Assembly: GCA_951406725.2 (NCBI GenBank)
Contig: OX597829.1
Location: 47,802,001-47,866,000 of the forward strand
Origin: Octopus vulgaris
Lineage: Eukaryota
Direction of reading: 5' to 3'
Length of the DNA stretch: 64,000 bases
In this document: piece by piece, positions 1 to 13,659 of the stretch
Position numbering within the stretch: position 1 is the first letter of the stretch
How the letters are laid out: every line of letters starts with the position of its first letter
Notes under the pieces: generated by a model
The model's input: only the letters and a program-made list of their open reading frames with translations
Databases searched by the model: none
What the model was told of the DNA's origin: nothing
Made by a program: the position numbers and the translations under genes

Positions 1-348
1 CACATTTCCCATTGAATATGTCATACGATTGTTAAAAAGAGAGAAATATGAATAAGTGATATAATAATTATTTACATAAAAGTGTTATAGATAACTATTG
101 TCCATTATTCCGTCGAAGAATGGTGTCATCAATTAGTGCTTGCTCACCTCCGTTGAACGCGTTAAAGCATATCCCTTCCTTGTTCACAATGTGTGGGGGT
201 AAGATAACGAGGTGTGGAGTAAATAAGATAGATTTACTCACCGTTTCATTGCTTGTTCGGTAGTGGATTGTATTTTTTAATAAACGAAATTCCCTTAATC
301 TTGTTTAAACTGGTTATTTTCTGCATATTGATAGAGGGGTAAGAGAAG

Positions 349-387
<39 letters not shown>

Positions 388-507
388 ACAAGATAAGGGC
401 AGAAGAAAAATTCTAATGCCAAATATGCCGAATCAAAAAATTGTCGATAACCATTATAATTTATGCGTCTCGAAACAAACCGATAGAAATCTCTAAAAAA
501 TTCGTTA

Positions 508-568
508 TTACCGTATTGGTCCAATTTCGGGTTAATTCATAAGAACATTTTCCCCTCTTCAGAGGCAA
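508..568 (-). ncRNA. Type I hammerhead ribozyme, inverted-arm copy
   Basis: Same motif on the minus strand with a mismatch at the first stem I pair and one less C in stem II. Confidence 0.7.
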
Positions 569-598
569 ATATAAGTATTTCACTTATATCTCGCGTAT

Positions 599-660
599 TT
601 GCCGCTGAAGAGGGGAAAATTTTCTTATGAATTAACCCCGAAATTGGACCAATACGGTAA
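599..660 (+). ncRNA. Type I hammerhead ribozyme (intact)
   Basis: TTGCCG-CTGAAGA-GGGG..CCCC-GAAA-TTGG A CCAA-TA-CGGTAA. Stems I, II and III all pair; predicted cut after A654. Confidence 0.85.
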
Positions 661-872
661 TAACGAATTTTTTAGAGATTTCTATCGGTTTGTTTCGAGT
701 CACATAAATTATAATGGTTATCGACAATTTTTTGTTTCGGCATATTTGGCATTAGAATTTTTCTTGTGCCCTTATCTTGTAAATTATTTATAAATTTAAC
801 CTGTAAAGGTATTTTTTGATATGCTGGCGATTGATAAATTTTTTTTCCCGAAAAGATTTTATCCTACATTAG

Positions 873-943
<71 letters not shown>

Positions 944-1040
944 GATATACACATACATCCATACATACATATATACATACATACATACATACATACATAC
1001 ATACATACATACATACATACATACATACATACATACATAG

Positions 1041-2500
1041 ACTAACAACATCACTATCAATGAATTAACCATTTCCCTATATCCGATGAGTAATATTACA
1101 GGTATCTAGGGGTGGATGAAAATATATTTTACAACGTCTCCTGCAACAAAATGCTTGTCACTAAACAAATTTGGACCTCGGAACACTGTATTCAATAAAA
1201 CAGTGGCCAACAATGTTTGTAGTGCCAGTGCTCATACCAAGATTTGGGCTGCTTGATTGGACGCTTGATGAGATCCGAGACATTGATGTGAAAACTCGGA
1301 AGGTACTAACCAGCACACATAATTTCCACATAAACAGTGACTTCTACCTGAAGCGAAAACAAGGCGGCAGAGGCTTAACATCTCTCTAAACTGCCCTTGA
1401 ATGTCGTATCATATCTCTTTGGCAACATCTTTTAACCACCAAGTGTCGAAGTGCATCTCTTGACCAAGTTTGGATACATAAGGCTGATAATATCAGAAAA
1501 CTTGGAAAGCAGCTTTTGAGCAGCATTCTTTGTCTGATAACCTAGAATACATATCCAATGAAGTTGCACGACTCTACTGCAACATATTAGATGAAAGGAT
1601 GAGCATATATGATAAGAAGACCATGAATGGCTATGTTATTAGAAAGCTCCGAGATGATAGTAACATTAATCATCAAAGCAGTCTATCATAGACTAACAAC
1701 CGGATTACTAACTCCCACTTCCAAGGGTATGTGTTTCCAATCCAGGAATAGGAAATATCAACCAAACACCTGATGCACAAAAGGGACAGTGATGCAGGAA
1801 AAGTGGTAAAATGTGACAATCGATGCAGAATTTGTGGAGTTCATACTGAAGATATCACCCACATCATAAGCAGTTGTCCGAAAATGTCATCACGGTTTTA
1901 TCTAGCGATGAGACATAATGTTGTAGCTAGAACACTCTATAATGAAATCTGTCGGAAGGATAATCCCGAGGATAAAGAAATAAGAATCCATAGTATGGCA
2001 GAAGCCATAGCCACTCATAATAAAAAGGAGATCTGATGGAATGTCCCAGTGAAGACCTCAGTAAAATATAAACACAACAGGCCTGATATAATGATTTGGG
2101 ATGGAGAAAAGAAACTGTGCACAATTGTGGAAATTAGCTGCCCAGTGGATGTTAACAAAGTTGAAGATCAGTGAAAAAGAGAACACATGATGAACTATTG
2201 AGAAATTTGCAGTTACTCTATCCAGATTACAAGTTCAGGTTTATACCTGTAATTATTGGGGCCTTGGGATATGTAACACACTGCCTAAATACCAATCTTG
2301 AGTAATTAAGCTTCTCAAAACCAGAAAAGAGAAAGCTAAATTTGAAGGCTACAGATCCAATCCATCAATGGAACTGTAAAAATCTGTAAAATTTTCCAGA
2401 AGTTTATCATTTAAATATATATGAGAATGTCTAGATATGTAACTATATACATAAGAATACATACACAAAACAGAACATACAAATCTGCGCATATAAATAC

Positions 2501-2531
<31 letters not shown>

Positions 2532-2540
2532 CATACATAC
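1041..2540 (+). mobile_element. 5'-truncated R4/Dong-like non-LTR retrotransposon (RT thumb, CCHC knuckle, RLE endonuclease), decayed
   Basis: YRYLGVDEN, KQGGRGL, CRICG..EDITHIISSC..RHN, HNRPDIMIWD..IVEISCP, FIPVIIGALG. Stops and frameshifts. Flanked by (CATA)n. Confidence 0.85.
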
Positions 2541-2740
2541 CCTATTGATGTTGTTGAAATTCCAGTGTCTTTGTGTTCCCTGTAACTTAGTGGTTCAACA
2601 AAAGAAAACGACAGAATAAGTTGCAGGCTTTAAAAATATAAGACCTGAATTCGATCCGTTCGACTAAAAATTCAATGCGATAGCCCAACAGGGCCGCAGT
2701 CTAGAGACTGAACCTAGTAACAGTTACTATTACACACGAA

Positions 2741-3125
<385 letters not shown>

Positions 3126-3609
3126 AGAGAGAGAGAGGGAGAAAAAGACAGAGAGAGAGATGCGATGGGTATGTACATATTTATACATGCATACATTTCT
3201 GCATGAATGCATAAATGTATGTATTGCAGGCTTTGGAATTCGGCAAGACAAATAGAAAAAGAAGACTGCGAGGAAGAGCATTAGCACAAATCATGAATAA
3301 ACTTTTTTTGTACGCTTTGTAAATTTTTCTTTTTATTTAAATAGTTAAAAATATTTCATGACAAAAACAGATTGCAATGAATAAAAGTTGATGCATCTCC
3401 ATTGACATTGTAGTTTGGGTTTACTTTTTATTGGTGACGAAAATACCGAGCAATTTGCACATACAGCAAACACACACACACACACATACACACGCACACA
3501 AACAACACACACACACACACACAAACACATATGTGTGTGCACGTATACGTATATGTACATGAACGTACGCATGTTTTCTTTTTCCTTTTTGTCTATTTTT
3601 CTTTTTGAG

Positions 3610-4344
<735 letters not shown>

Positions 4345-4843
4345 CAATTGATAATAGCTAAATTGCTACTTGCTCTGAACTGTCACCGTCCGGACTGGGT
4401 CCTGAAATGTCATGTTTAAAGACGTATAAAATGCAAAAAATATATTTAAAAAAAAGTAGAATAAAATAAAAGAAGTTTCACATCATTTTAGATCAGGCAT
4501 GTTGAGGGCTGGAGGAGGGTTCCTGAATGGAGCCGGGAGCGTGGGAAGGGTGGGTTACTGGAATTGCCGTGTTATGTTTGACTACCCTCTCATCGCGCAC
4601 ACCCTTCTAACAGGCATCGTTAGGTGGACAATGCAGTAATGAACGTCTAAATAAATAAATCGCTGTTGATGATAATCTCCTACTTATTTAGCCTTAATCC
4701 TTGGAGCTGATTTCGATACGGAACGAATAGAGAAAAGGTTATTGGATGAAGAATAATTCCAGTTCTCTATAGCGTCTTGATTTGTTGAGCATATAAACGG
4801 ATCGGTTATTTATTTCTCTCAGGATGGTCAAGATGATGTTGAG

Positions 4844-4886
4844 ACCTATGATGAAGACCAAATATGGTTCGAAAATCGATCAAGGT
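4844..4886 (+). ncRNA. Decayed hammerhead motif (PLE remnant)
   Basis: ACCT-aTGATGA-AGACCA aata TGGTTC-GAAA-ATCGAT-CA-AGGT. C3 mutated; palindromic stem III region. Confidence 0.45.
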
Positions 4887-5123
4887 GGTTCATTTTTTTT
4901 TTTAAATTTCTGCTTAAATATCTACATGCGTTACATAAATTATATCATCCCTTGATACTGTATGGACTGAGATCCCAGTTGACGGGCCCCTGGTGCTAAA
5001 TAGTTTTAAACACCTATGGTATGCAAAATAGTAGCTCCAAATCTCTACAGCTGCTGGATTTGTTGTACATATATAAGTGGATTGGCTGATTATATCTCTG
5101 GGATTGGTCTTATTGATATAGAC

Positions 5124-5168
5124 ACCTCTGATGAAAATCCGATAAGTGTTGAAAATCAGTTATGGGTT
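5124..5168 (+). ncRNA. Decayed hammerhead-like motif
   Basis: CTGATGA at 5128 and GAAA at 5151; stems imperfect. Confidence 0.3.
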
Positions 5169-5475
5169 TTCATTATCTTTTTTCAATCTACGTAGAAATG
5201 GTTAAATTCACCATGCTTGTATATCTTCTACACAGGTGAAATGCGGTTCTCAACCAGTTCGACACCGCTCCTTACGCATACATCCCTCGAATAAACACAA
5301 ACACACAAACGCACAGATACTACCACATACACAGACACACACAATGGTTATTTTCTCACTTTCCTGCCTTAGAAAATGACTTTATCTATCTCTTTCCACT
5401 TCCGGTCACTTCGTCCATGTAACCACGCACGTGCATCGACTTTTTTTTCCTTCTCCGGACCTTTCCTTTCTCTTC

Positions 5476-5508
5476 TTTCTGATGAAGAGCTCTGCTCGAA
5501 ATGTAATA
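5476..5508 (+). ncRNA. Minimal hammerhead motif (decayed) in PLE 3' end before (CATA)n
   Basis: TTT-CTGATGA-A-GAGC tct GCTC-GAAA-tG-TA-AtA. Related to motifs at 40241, 52049 and 62081. Confidence 0.6.
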
Positions 5509-5583
5509 CACCTACTCTTTTTCCACCTTTATTGAGCATCAAGCTAATACATACATACATACATACATACATACATACATACA

Positions 5584-5655
<72 letters not shown>

Positions 5656-6189
5656 AGTGTGAGTGTGTTTTTCGAGTCCCACGCGTACGAAAAAACTTTT
5701 TCCGTCGAGGGCTTATATGGCCCATTATTAGACTGTTTTCTTTAGTCATTGCGCGGTGATCGCTTATAAACTTTAAGCTTATAAAATACTATTATATATA
5801 TATGGATGTATGTATGTATGCATATATGTGTGTGTGTATACACACGCTATGTAGATTACCTATTTCCTGTAATGCGAGAATTTAAACCTGTACTTGAGCT
5901 TCTGCACGATCGCTAGTCCGCAAAAAATTTTAATCAAATTTGCCTCAATTCCATTTTCAACCATCTTGGAAAGGAAGAAATACGATAGATAACGTAATCA
6001 GAAATAAATATGCAGTCTAAAATGATTGGCGTGTGGGACGTTTTTCATCAAGGTCTACTTGATGAGGACTAATCTGTATTTGAACAACTACTTCTACTTG
6101 TAGATGTATTTATCCTTCTGCAAATTTGAGATGTGTAGGTAATAGAGTATATTAGGATGTGGCCCAAATGTGTGGCTTCAAAATAACAT

Positions 6190-6620
6190 AAAAGTGATAT
6201 GAACATGAGCCAAAGACTGTGATAGAAAATGAAACTTACACGATCTGATGGATCTGATCATACTATTGGAGCAAGAAGGACGAATATGATTATAGAAGAG
6301 AAAATTAGATAACAGTGTTAAGGTCATAGACTTTGCAATTGCCTATAGTAACAGATCTGGTACCAAAGAAAGTGAACGAATTGAGTAATATCAGGACCTA
6401 GTCAGAGAAGTGAAAGAGATCGTAGAAGACTAAAATAATAATTCTTGTAGTAATTGGTGCATTTGGCACAACACCCAAAAAATACTACCTAAAAGACCGT
6501 AATTGAAATTTGCATTATCAACATGCAAGATATATTCTGCAAAAACCCCAAGAAAGATTTATGTGATTTGAGGAGACCTGTCGTCACAAACCCTCAAGAT
6601 AACATTCCTGCTAGTTAGCA
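6190..6620 (+). mobile_element. Old RLE-type LINE 3' fragment
   Basis: Degenerate KVIDFAIA..KE.E.IE.YQDL..E and VVIGAFGTTPK motifs. Confidence 0.65.
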
Positions 6621-7344
6621 AATAACAACAATGACATACCCTGATACACTACCAGACAGTGGCTCTCTATAGTTTTTGAGCTAGGTGTACGGTGATGAGA
6701 TTTTTTGGTGTATTCTGAACTAGAATTTTCTTAATCTCGCTGGCGTGGTCCAAATGAGTACAGAGTAGTATGTATGACATCAGTTTAGCTGCAGAGGTTG
6801 CTGGAAGAATGATCCCACAATAGGCTCCACTCTGTGTTTATTATAAGGTTTAGTCCCCATTCTTTTTTTCTCACAAAGCGGCGATATTAAACCGCAGCTG
6901 AGAAATCCGTAATGCTGGACACAAGTTTTTGCTATGTACTATCAACCGGGAAATGAGATTCATGTCAGATAAAGTTAGCGTACTGTCCATTATGTACTAG
7001 CTTCAATTTAATTATTAGTATAGATGTTTTATAGCAACAGAGTGATAAAAACAGACCAATGCCGAGTTAAACATCTAAAAGCATTTAGTTCTGTTCTTTT
7101 TGCTTTCTTAATATATATCCTGTTCCAACTGACTTTCATTTTCCTCTGTTCGAAATCGATAAAATCTATAGGGTTAGTGTGTGTTACCAAAGCAATTACA
7201 TTTAGACGTCTGCTACAATTATCTACTAATCAGTATATTTAACTTGTGACTAACATAATGTAGTGAGTCAAAAATGATTATTGTAATCGATAAAAATTAC
7301 TTTCGCAATAATAATAACAATTACGTTTATGAATATGTGTTGTA

Positions 7345-7391
7345 AGATTCCTGATGAGGAACCGTGTGTTGAAACAGTTATTGTTGTATTT
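7345..7391 (+). ncRNA. Decayed hammerhead motif
   Basis: AGATTC-CTGATGA-GGAAC cgtgt GTT-GAAA-CAG tta TTG-TT-GTATTT. Confidence 0.4.
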
Positions 7392-7551
7392 CTTTTTTTT
7401 TTTTTTTTGCGTATATTTATTTGGCACACGAATTCACAACAAGAATCTTGCAAACCAAATAAAATTACAAATAAAAAATTACCATCCAGAAATACAATAA
7501 TAATAATATTAATAATAATAATAATAATAATAATAATCTTTTCTACTTTAA

Positions 7552-7745
7552 GCCCTGAAATTTAGTGGGAGGGAGCAGTCGATTAGATCGACCCCTGTTC
7601 GCAGCTGGTACTTAATTTGTCAACCTCTAAAGGATTAAAGGCAGAGTCGACTTCGGCGGAATTTGAACTCAGAACGTAAAGACAGACGAAATGCCGCTAA
7701 GCATTTTCCTAGCCGTTGCAAACGATTCTGCTAGTTCAAACGCCT
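7552..7745 (-). mobile_element. SINE family 1 (Meta-domain-like), old copy
   Basis: Reverse complement of the GAGTTCAAATTCCGCCGA.GTCGAC core. Confidence 0.8.
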
Positions 7746-7750
7746 CCCAT

Positions 7751-7778
7751 AATGATAGTAATAATGATGATGATGACT

Positions 7779-7818
<40 letters not shown>

Positions 7819-7910
7819 GGATGATGATGAGAAGGAGGAGGAGGAGGAGGAGGAGGAGGATTATGATGATGATGATGATCATCATGAGGATGATGATGAT
7901 GATCATCATG

Positions 7911-7946
<36 letters not shown>

Positions 7947-7981
7947 CTGATGAGGAGGAGGAGGAGGAGGATGATGATGAT
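7751..7981. repeat. (GAT)/(GAG) microsatellite
   Basis: Direct reading. Confidence 0.95.
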
Positions 7982-8570
7982 TGCCCTGATGCGTTATCAG
8001 ACAGTGGATACATTATACCATAACACTCTCTAGCACTACTGCCAATTCCTCTCTCTCTGGACTGGCGTTTATCGTCTTCGAAAGGATGAAAGGCAACTTT
8101 GGCTGCGGTGGGGTTTGAATTCAGAACCCAGGGGACTGGAACAAATATTATAAACCAGTCTACTCGACTGACAAATAACTAAATGCCACAAGTAATTTTT
8201 CCCCTTATTTTCTCCCCTAACCCTTTCAATCCGTTGTCTCGTCTGGATTTTAATACAATAAACTAAAAACAAAAGAAATATATCAACAAAAAATACAACC
8301 CTTCTCTCTGTTTGTCTAGCTGTCTGGCTGTCCGTCCGTCTGTCTCTCTGTCTGACTGACTGTCCGTCCGTCAGTTCGTCAGTTCATCCATCCATCCATC
8401 CATCCATCCATATGTATCTATCTATGTATGTACATACATATGTACATAATACATGTATATAAACATAATACATACACACATACATCCATATCCAAGCACA
8501 CACAGACATATACATAATATGTATATATATATATATATATACATGCATAATACAAGCCCCCCCCCCACAC

Positions 8571-8618
<48 letters not shown>

Positions 8619-8626
8619 ATATATAC

Positions 8627-8808
8627 ACCGGAGTAAACACATAAATGTGAAACAAGGTGGAAAAAAGAGTACTCAAATACCAGTGGTAGAGTAATATGCT
8701 TTATTTTAAGCAGCAGAAAATTCAACAAAACCTGTTACTCTGAGTTTCTCGTTAACGAGAAACTCAGAGTAACAGGTTTTGTTGAATTTTCTGCTGCTTA
8801 AAATAAAG
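8627..8808 (-). mobile_element. PLE 3' end with perfect 110-bp fold-back (8699-8808)
   Basis: Palindrome centred on GTTAAC (8751-8756). Arms carry an HHR 3' half (GAAA-CTC A GAG-TA-ACAG). Same family as 29339-29540. Confidence 0.75.
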
Positions 8809-9309
8809 TATGTATATATGTATTCAGAAAGAGTGTGTGCTTGTGTGTATGAGAAAGAGAGAGTGAGAGACAGAGAGAGTGAGAGAGAGAGAGTGAAAGA
8901 GAGAGAAAGATAGAGAGATAGACAGACAGATACTGAGCTTCTTTAGTTTTGGTAGTATTGATGGGAATGTAGAGTAAGGGATTACTGTGGCTAGAAAGGG
9001 AACGTTAAAAGCAAAATAGATATACAAAGCAAGGAAATATACATTTCACATCGGAAAAAAATACTGTGACCTATTTTCGTCATCGTAGTTTTGGCATTGA
9101 TGACAAGATAGATAGGTAAAACGGTGTGTATGGGGTGTGTGTGGGATGTGGGGGTGGGGTGGGGGGTGGAGGGAAATATCCTAACAACAACAACAACAAC
9201 TACGATAACAACACCAAACAGGAGAAATTAACTGCGAGAACGCCAAAAGCCACATTCCTCATCAACAGCATCATCGTCGCCATACCAGCATCACCACCTC
9301 CATCCCCCC

Positions 9310-9873
9310 ACACCACCGCCACCACCACCGCCGCCACCATCACCCCCCACCACCACCACCACCACCGCCACCACCATCGCGACCACCACCACCACCACAA
9401 CCATCGCGACCACCACCAGAACTACCACCACCACCACCACCACCACCACCACCATAACTACCACCACCACTACCACCACCACTACCACCACCACCGCCGC
9501 CACCATCGCCACCACCACCGCCGCAACCACCACCACAACCATCGCGACCACCACCACCACCACCACAACCATGGCGACCACCACCACCACCACCACCACC
9601 ACCACCACCAAAACCACCACCACCACCACTACCACCACCAGAACCACCAGACCCACCACCACCACCACCACCACAACCACCACCACCGCCGCCACCACCA
9701 CCACCACCACAACCATCGCGACCACCACCACCACCACCACCACCAGAACCACCACTACCAGAACCACCACCACCAGAACCACCACTACCAGAACCACCAC
9801 CACCAGAACTACCACCACCACCACTACCACCACCACCACCACCACCACCAGAACCACCACCACCACCACCACT
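9310..9873. repeat. Compound (CCA)n tract with recurring CACAACCATCGCGAC and CCAGAAC units
   Basis: Direct reading. Confidence 0.9.
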
Positions 9874-9946
9874 AATACCACTATCACCATGTCTTTTATA
9901 ATCACTATCATTATCCAACCGTTCACAGGACGGCATCAACAGCAAG

Positions 9947-9977
<31 letters not shown>

Positions 9978-10221
9978 GGCAGGAATAAAAAAGCTTTAGA
10001 ATTAATAGCTACAATGCCACCGGTTAAAAAAATGTGACTAGTTGTAGCCTAAAAAAAGGGGAAAGGATACGAAAGAAAAGCAAGCAAATAAAAAAAAAAG
10101 CAGAGAACATATTAACGATGATTAAGAGGTTTAAATAAGAGCGAAACATGTCCAGACTTGTCACTCTGATTACCGGAGATCAGACTTCCTCACTGTATGC
10201 TTTCATGGAAATTTTGGAGAT

Positions 10222-10432
10222 GCAAAGTCGACCTCGGCGGAATTTGAACTCAGAAAGTAACGGCAAACGAAATGCCGGTAAGCATTTCGCCCGACGTGCT
10301 AACGTTTCTGCCAGCTCGCCGCCTTTTTTTAAGGATGAAAGGCAAAGTCAACTTCTGCGGAATTTGAACTCAGAAAGTAACGCCAAACGAAATACCGCTT
10401 AGCATTTCGCCCGGCGTGTAACTCGCCGCCTT
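10222..10432 (-). mobile_element. SINE family 1, two tandem 5' portions
   Basis: GCGGAATTTGAACTCAGAA...GCATTTCGCCCG occurs twice. Confidence 0.8.
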
Positions 10433-10618
10433 GTGATATACTTGTGATATACATTACAACGCTTTATGACGTGATTTCGAATTCTGCATTTTATCAAAGG
10501 TTTTTGTCCTTGCTTTGACGAGGAAATGAGACCTTCAGGAATCGGCTAGCAGTGATAGACTTCCCAATATCAAATTTTGTACTTTTTTTTTTATCTTTCT
10601 ATATTTCGGTAGCAGTTA

Positions 10619-10840
10619 AGGCGGTAAGCTTGCAGAATCATTAGTGCACCGGGTAAAATGCTTTGCGGTAATTTATCCGTCTTTACATCCTGAGTTCGAA
10701 TTTCACCGGGGTCGACTGTGCCTTTTATACTTTCGAGGTCAATAAAATAAGCACCAGTTGAGCATCGAGGTCTAATGTAAATGATTTAACCTTCAACCCC
10801 GAAATTGCTGGCCTTGTGCCAAAGTTTGATACCGATATTT
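10619..10840 (+). mobile_element. SINE family 1, old copy
   Basis: GGCGGTAAGCTTGCAGAATC head, GAGTTCGAATT B-box, GTCGAC core. Confidence 0.75.
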
Positions 10841-11022
10841 CGCTAGCAGTTAGAAGTCTTTCTTCACTATTGCTCTCACTATGAACAACATTTGTTTACA
10901 AACTGAAAACCACAACATTTATTTGTGCTTTCTCAATTCGCAAATCTTCTTGGTAAATAAAACTCGACCTGTAATACCTTTAGGACGGCGTGCGTTATGA
11001 ATTGTGAACAGCTTCGGGGTTA

Positions 11023-11408
11023 GGAAGCACTCCGTCGGTTACGACGACGAGGGTTCCGGTTGATCCGAATCAACGGAACAGCCTGCTCGTGAAATTAACG
11101 TGTAAGTGGCTGAGCACTCCACAGACACGTGTACCCTTAACGTAGTTCTCGGGGATATTCAGCATGACACAGAGAGTGACAAGGCCAGCCCTTTGAAATA
11201 CAGGTACAACAGAAACAGGAAGTAAGAGTGAGAGAAAGTTGTGGTGAAAGAGTACAGCAGGGATCACCACCATTCCCTGCCGGAGCCTTGTGGAGCTTTT
11301 AGGTGTTTTCGCTCAATAAACACTCACAACGCCCGGTCTGGGAATCGAAACCGCGATCCTACGACCGCAAGTCCGCTGCCCTAACCACTGAGCCATTGCG
11401 CCTCCACT
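11023..11408 (-). mobile_element. tRNA-derived SINE family 3, full length
   Basis: Near-identical to 32201-32587. TSD GCTTCGGGG(T/A)TA at 11011-11022 / 11409-11420. Confidence 0.9.
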
Positions 11409-11946
11409 GCTTCGGGGATAATGCTAAGCGAAATTTGTTCCGGATGTGAAGATTTTGTGTTCAAATTCCGCCGATGTCAATCTTGTGTTCCATCCTTTCG
11501 ATATTAACTAAGATCAATGGCATATTGTGAATAGGATGTAATGGAATGATGTGGGCTTTTTTAAGGATTAGATGATTAAATCTATTTCCAATCCTCTCTA
11601 TTCTGTGTTCAATTTCTGCCGCAGCCGATTCAGCTTTCATTCGTCTTTAACCGATAGATTAATTTATCTGATAGATTAATTACCAGTTCATGTGCAGAGA
11701 ATTAATTTAAAATACTATGGCCAACTTCAATAAAATATACGATCCTGAATCGATAGAAGATTTTGTATTCCTTGCTGCAGCTGTAGCTGATGTTTCTTTT
11801 ACTAAAAATTCTTCTTACTCTTGTTGTCAGTGAAACAGCTTCGAGATTAACTAAAAAAAAAATGTAAACAAATAAAATTTTTAAAAAACTTGAAAGTGGA
11901 GAAATGGTTGAAAAAGGTTTGGGTAAATATTGTTAGGGTGGTGTCA

Positions 11947-12305
11947 TCTTTATATATAAAAGAAAGGTTGTGTGTCTGTCTACTCCGATTTAGATTCCTA
12001 ACTACTCCCACATTTTGCGATGCAGTTTAACCAAAACCGGGTATCTTATAGTCGTGATTCATATCGAGCCCTTCTGGGTATTAGCGCGCGTCTACGATGA
12101 GTCTACGATTTAAAAAAAAATTTACCATCATTTTTTCCATTTTAATGCATATTTTTTTTTAATAAAGGGAAGTAACTCTCTAAATATGTCTACGATGAGT
12201 CAACGATTTAAAAAAAAATTTACTATAATTTTTTTTCCATTTTTAATGCATTTTTTGCTATTTTTTGACTATAACTCTCTAAAAATGCTTTATAGTTATT
12301 TCCTG
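11947..12305 (+). mobile_element. Helitron-like non-autonomous element, 5' part
   Basis: Starts A|TCTTTATATATAAAAG..GTGTGTCTGTC. Internal tandem GTCTACGATGAGTC.ACGATTTAAAA units. No 3' hairpin/CTAG seen. Confidence 0.5.
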
Positions 12306-12497
12306 TGGTTAACAGAAGCTATGAAATATTTCTTGGTATTATTCACAGAAGACGGGATAAAACACGTTATACACTATTATGACACACATCGTATATGAAT
12401 GAATTATAAGATATTTTACATATTAAGGCTTGATTTCTTTATGGATTCCGTTGCTTGTATCTTCATCCATGTACAATATATATATAAACACACACAC

Positions 12498-12528
<31 letters not shown>

Positions 12529-12639
12529 TGTATGTATGTATGTATGTATGTATGTATGTATGTATGTATGTGTGTATGTATGTATGTATGTATGTACGTA
12601 CGTATGCTTGTATGCATGTATGTATGTATGCATGTATAT

Positions 12640-12850
12640 ATGAGGGATTGTTGAAAAATTCCTGGCTGCAAGAGCATGGCGAAAGCCTGGCAGGAGGCTC
12701 AAATTCCACAATATTTTACAGGGCTTAGAAAAACTGAGGGACCGCTGCAATAAATGTGGGAATCTGAAAGGAGGATATGTTGAATAAAATCATAATTAAC
12801 TGATCCTCCTCTATTTTCTTTTATACCCAAACTTTTCAGCACTCCCTTGC
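12640..12850 (+). mobile_element. Tiny mariner deletion derivative
   Basis: Imperfect TIRs (GAGGGATTGTTGAAAAATT / AACTTTTCAGCACTCCCTT). Transposase C-terminus GLEKLRDRCNKC..LKGGYVE*. Confidence 0.65.
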
Positions 12851-13659
12851 ATATTTGAGGGATGTTCGGCTACTATGTTTTTGAATAGACCCATTATTTC
12901 TAAGTGTTCTTGCAGTGGTTGTCCTGTTTTTTTTTTTATTCAGACTATGTGTCTAGGAATATATTACCAAAAAATATCTTTACCTTTTCCGCTTAGTAAA
13001 ACGGTGCAATGTAAATTTGAGGAAGCAAATCTGAGCACCTATTTCTGGCCCATTCATTGACCACTTAGAAGCGGTATTTTCATGGTTTTGTCTCCTAGTT
13101 CTCATATCCTGTTACATTTATGAGTAATTCTGGTATTTAACAGTGGAGATTATTATCTCTATGACGTAAGAAAAGTTATTATAGACTAAAAACAGAACAA
13201 CGCAATGCCAGAAGGACAGATAGAAATAATAGCACAGGTCACATTGGTGATGTGTGTGTGTGTGTGTGTGTGTGTGTCTGTGTGTGTGTGTATGTGCGTC
13301 TGTCTGTGTCTGTGTGTGTCTGGTTGTCTGGTTGTCTGTATTTATGTATATATGTATGTTATGTATGTGTGTGTGTATATACATATATATATATATGTAT
13401 ATGTATGCATGGACGTATGTGTATGTGGCATGTATGTATGCATCTAGGTATGAATATACGTATGCATGTATGTATGTGTATGCATGTACGTATGTACGCC
13501 TATGTATTTATATGTGTGTGTATGTATATGCACGCATCTAAGTATATACGTGTATATGAATGTACCTATGTATGTTTATATGTGTGTGTGAATGTGTGTG
13601 CATGTGTATGTGTGTATTATGTGTGTATATACATATATGTATGTATGCATTTTGGCTTT

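Larger units (their letters stand above)
381..874 (+). mobile_element. PLE pseudo-LTR fold-back insertion in (TA)n
   Basis: ~190-bp inverted arms 381-571 / 596-787. The right copy continues to ~874. (TA)n on both sides. Each arm carries an HHR motif. Confidence 0.75.

Noticed and set aside
246-793. Paired ORFs sharing DQYGNNEFFRDFYRF
   Set aside because: Artefact of the inverted repeat; the region is better explained as an HHR-bearing pLTR.
9126-9875. His-rich or Gly-rich protein ORFs
   Set aside because: Compound (CCA)n tract open in most frames, with no splice or domain support.
11070-11273. Recurrent ORF MVVIPAVLFHHNF (also 32334, 56881)
   Set aside because: Chance reading frame inside SINE family 3.
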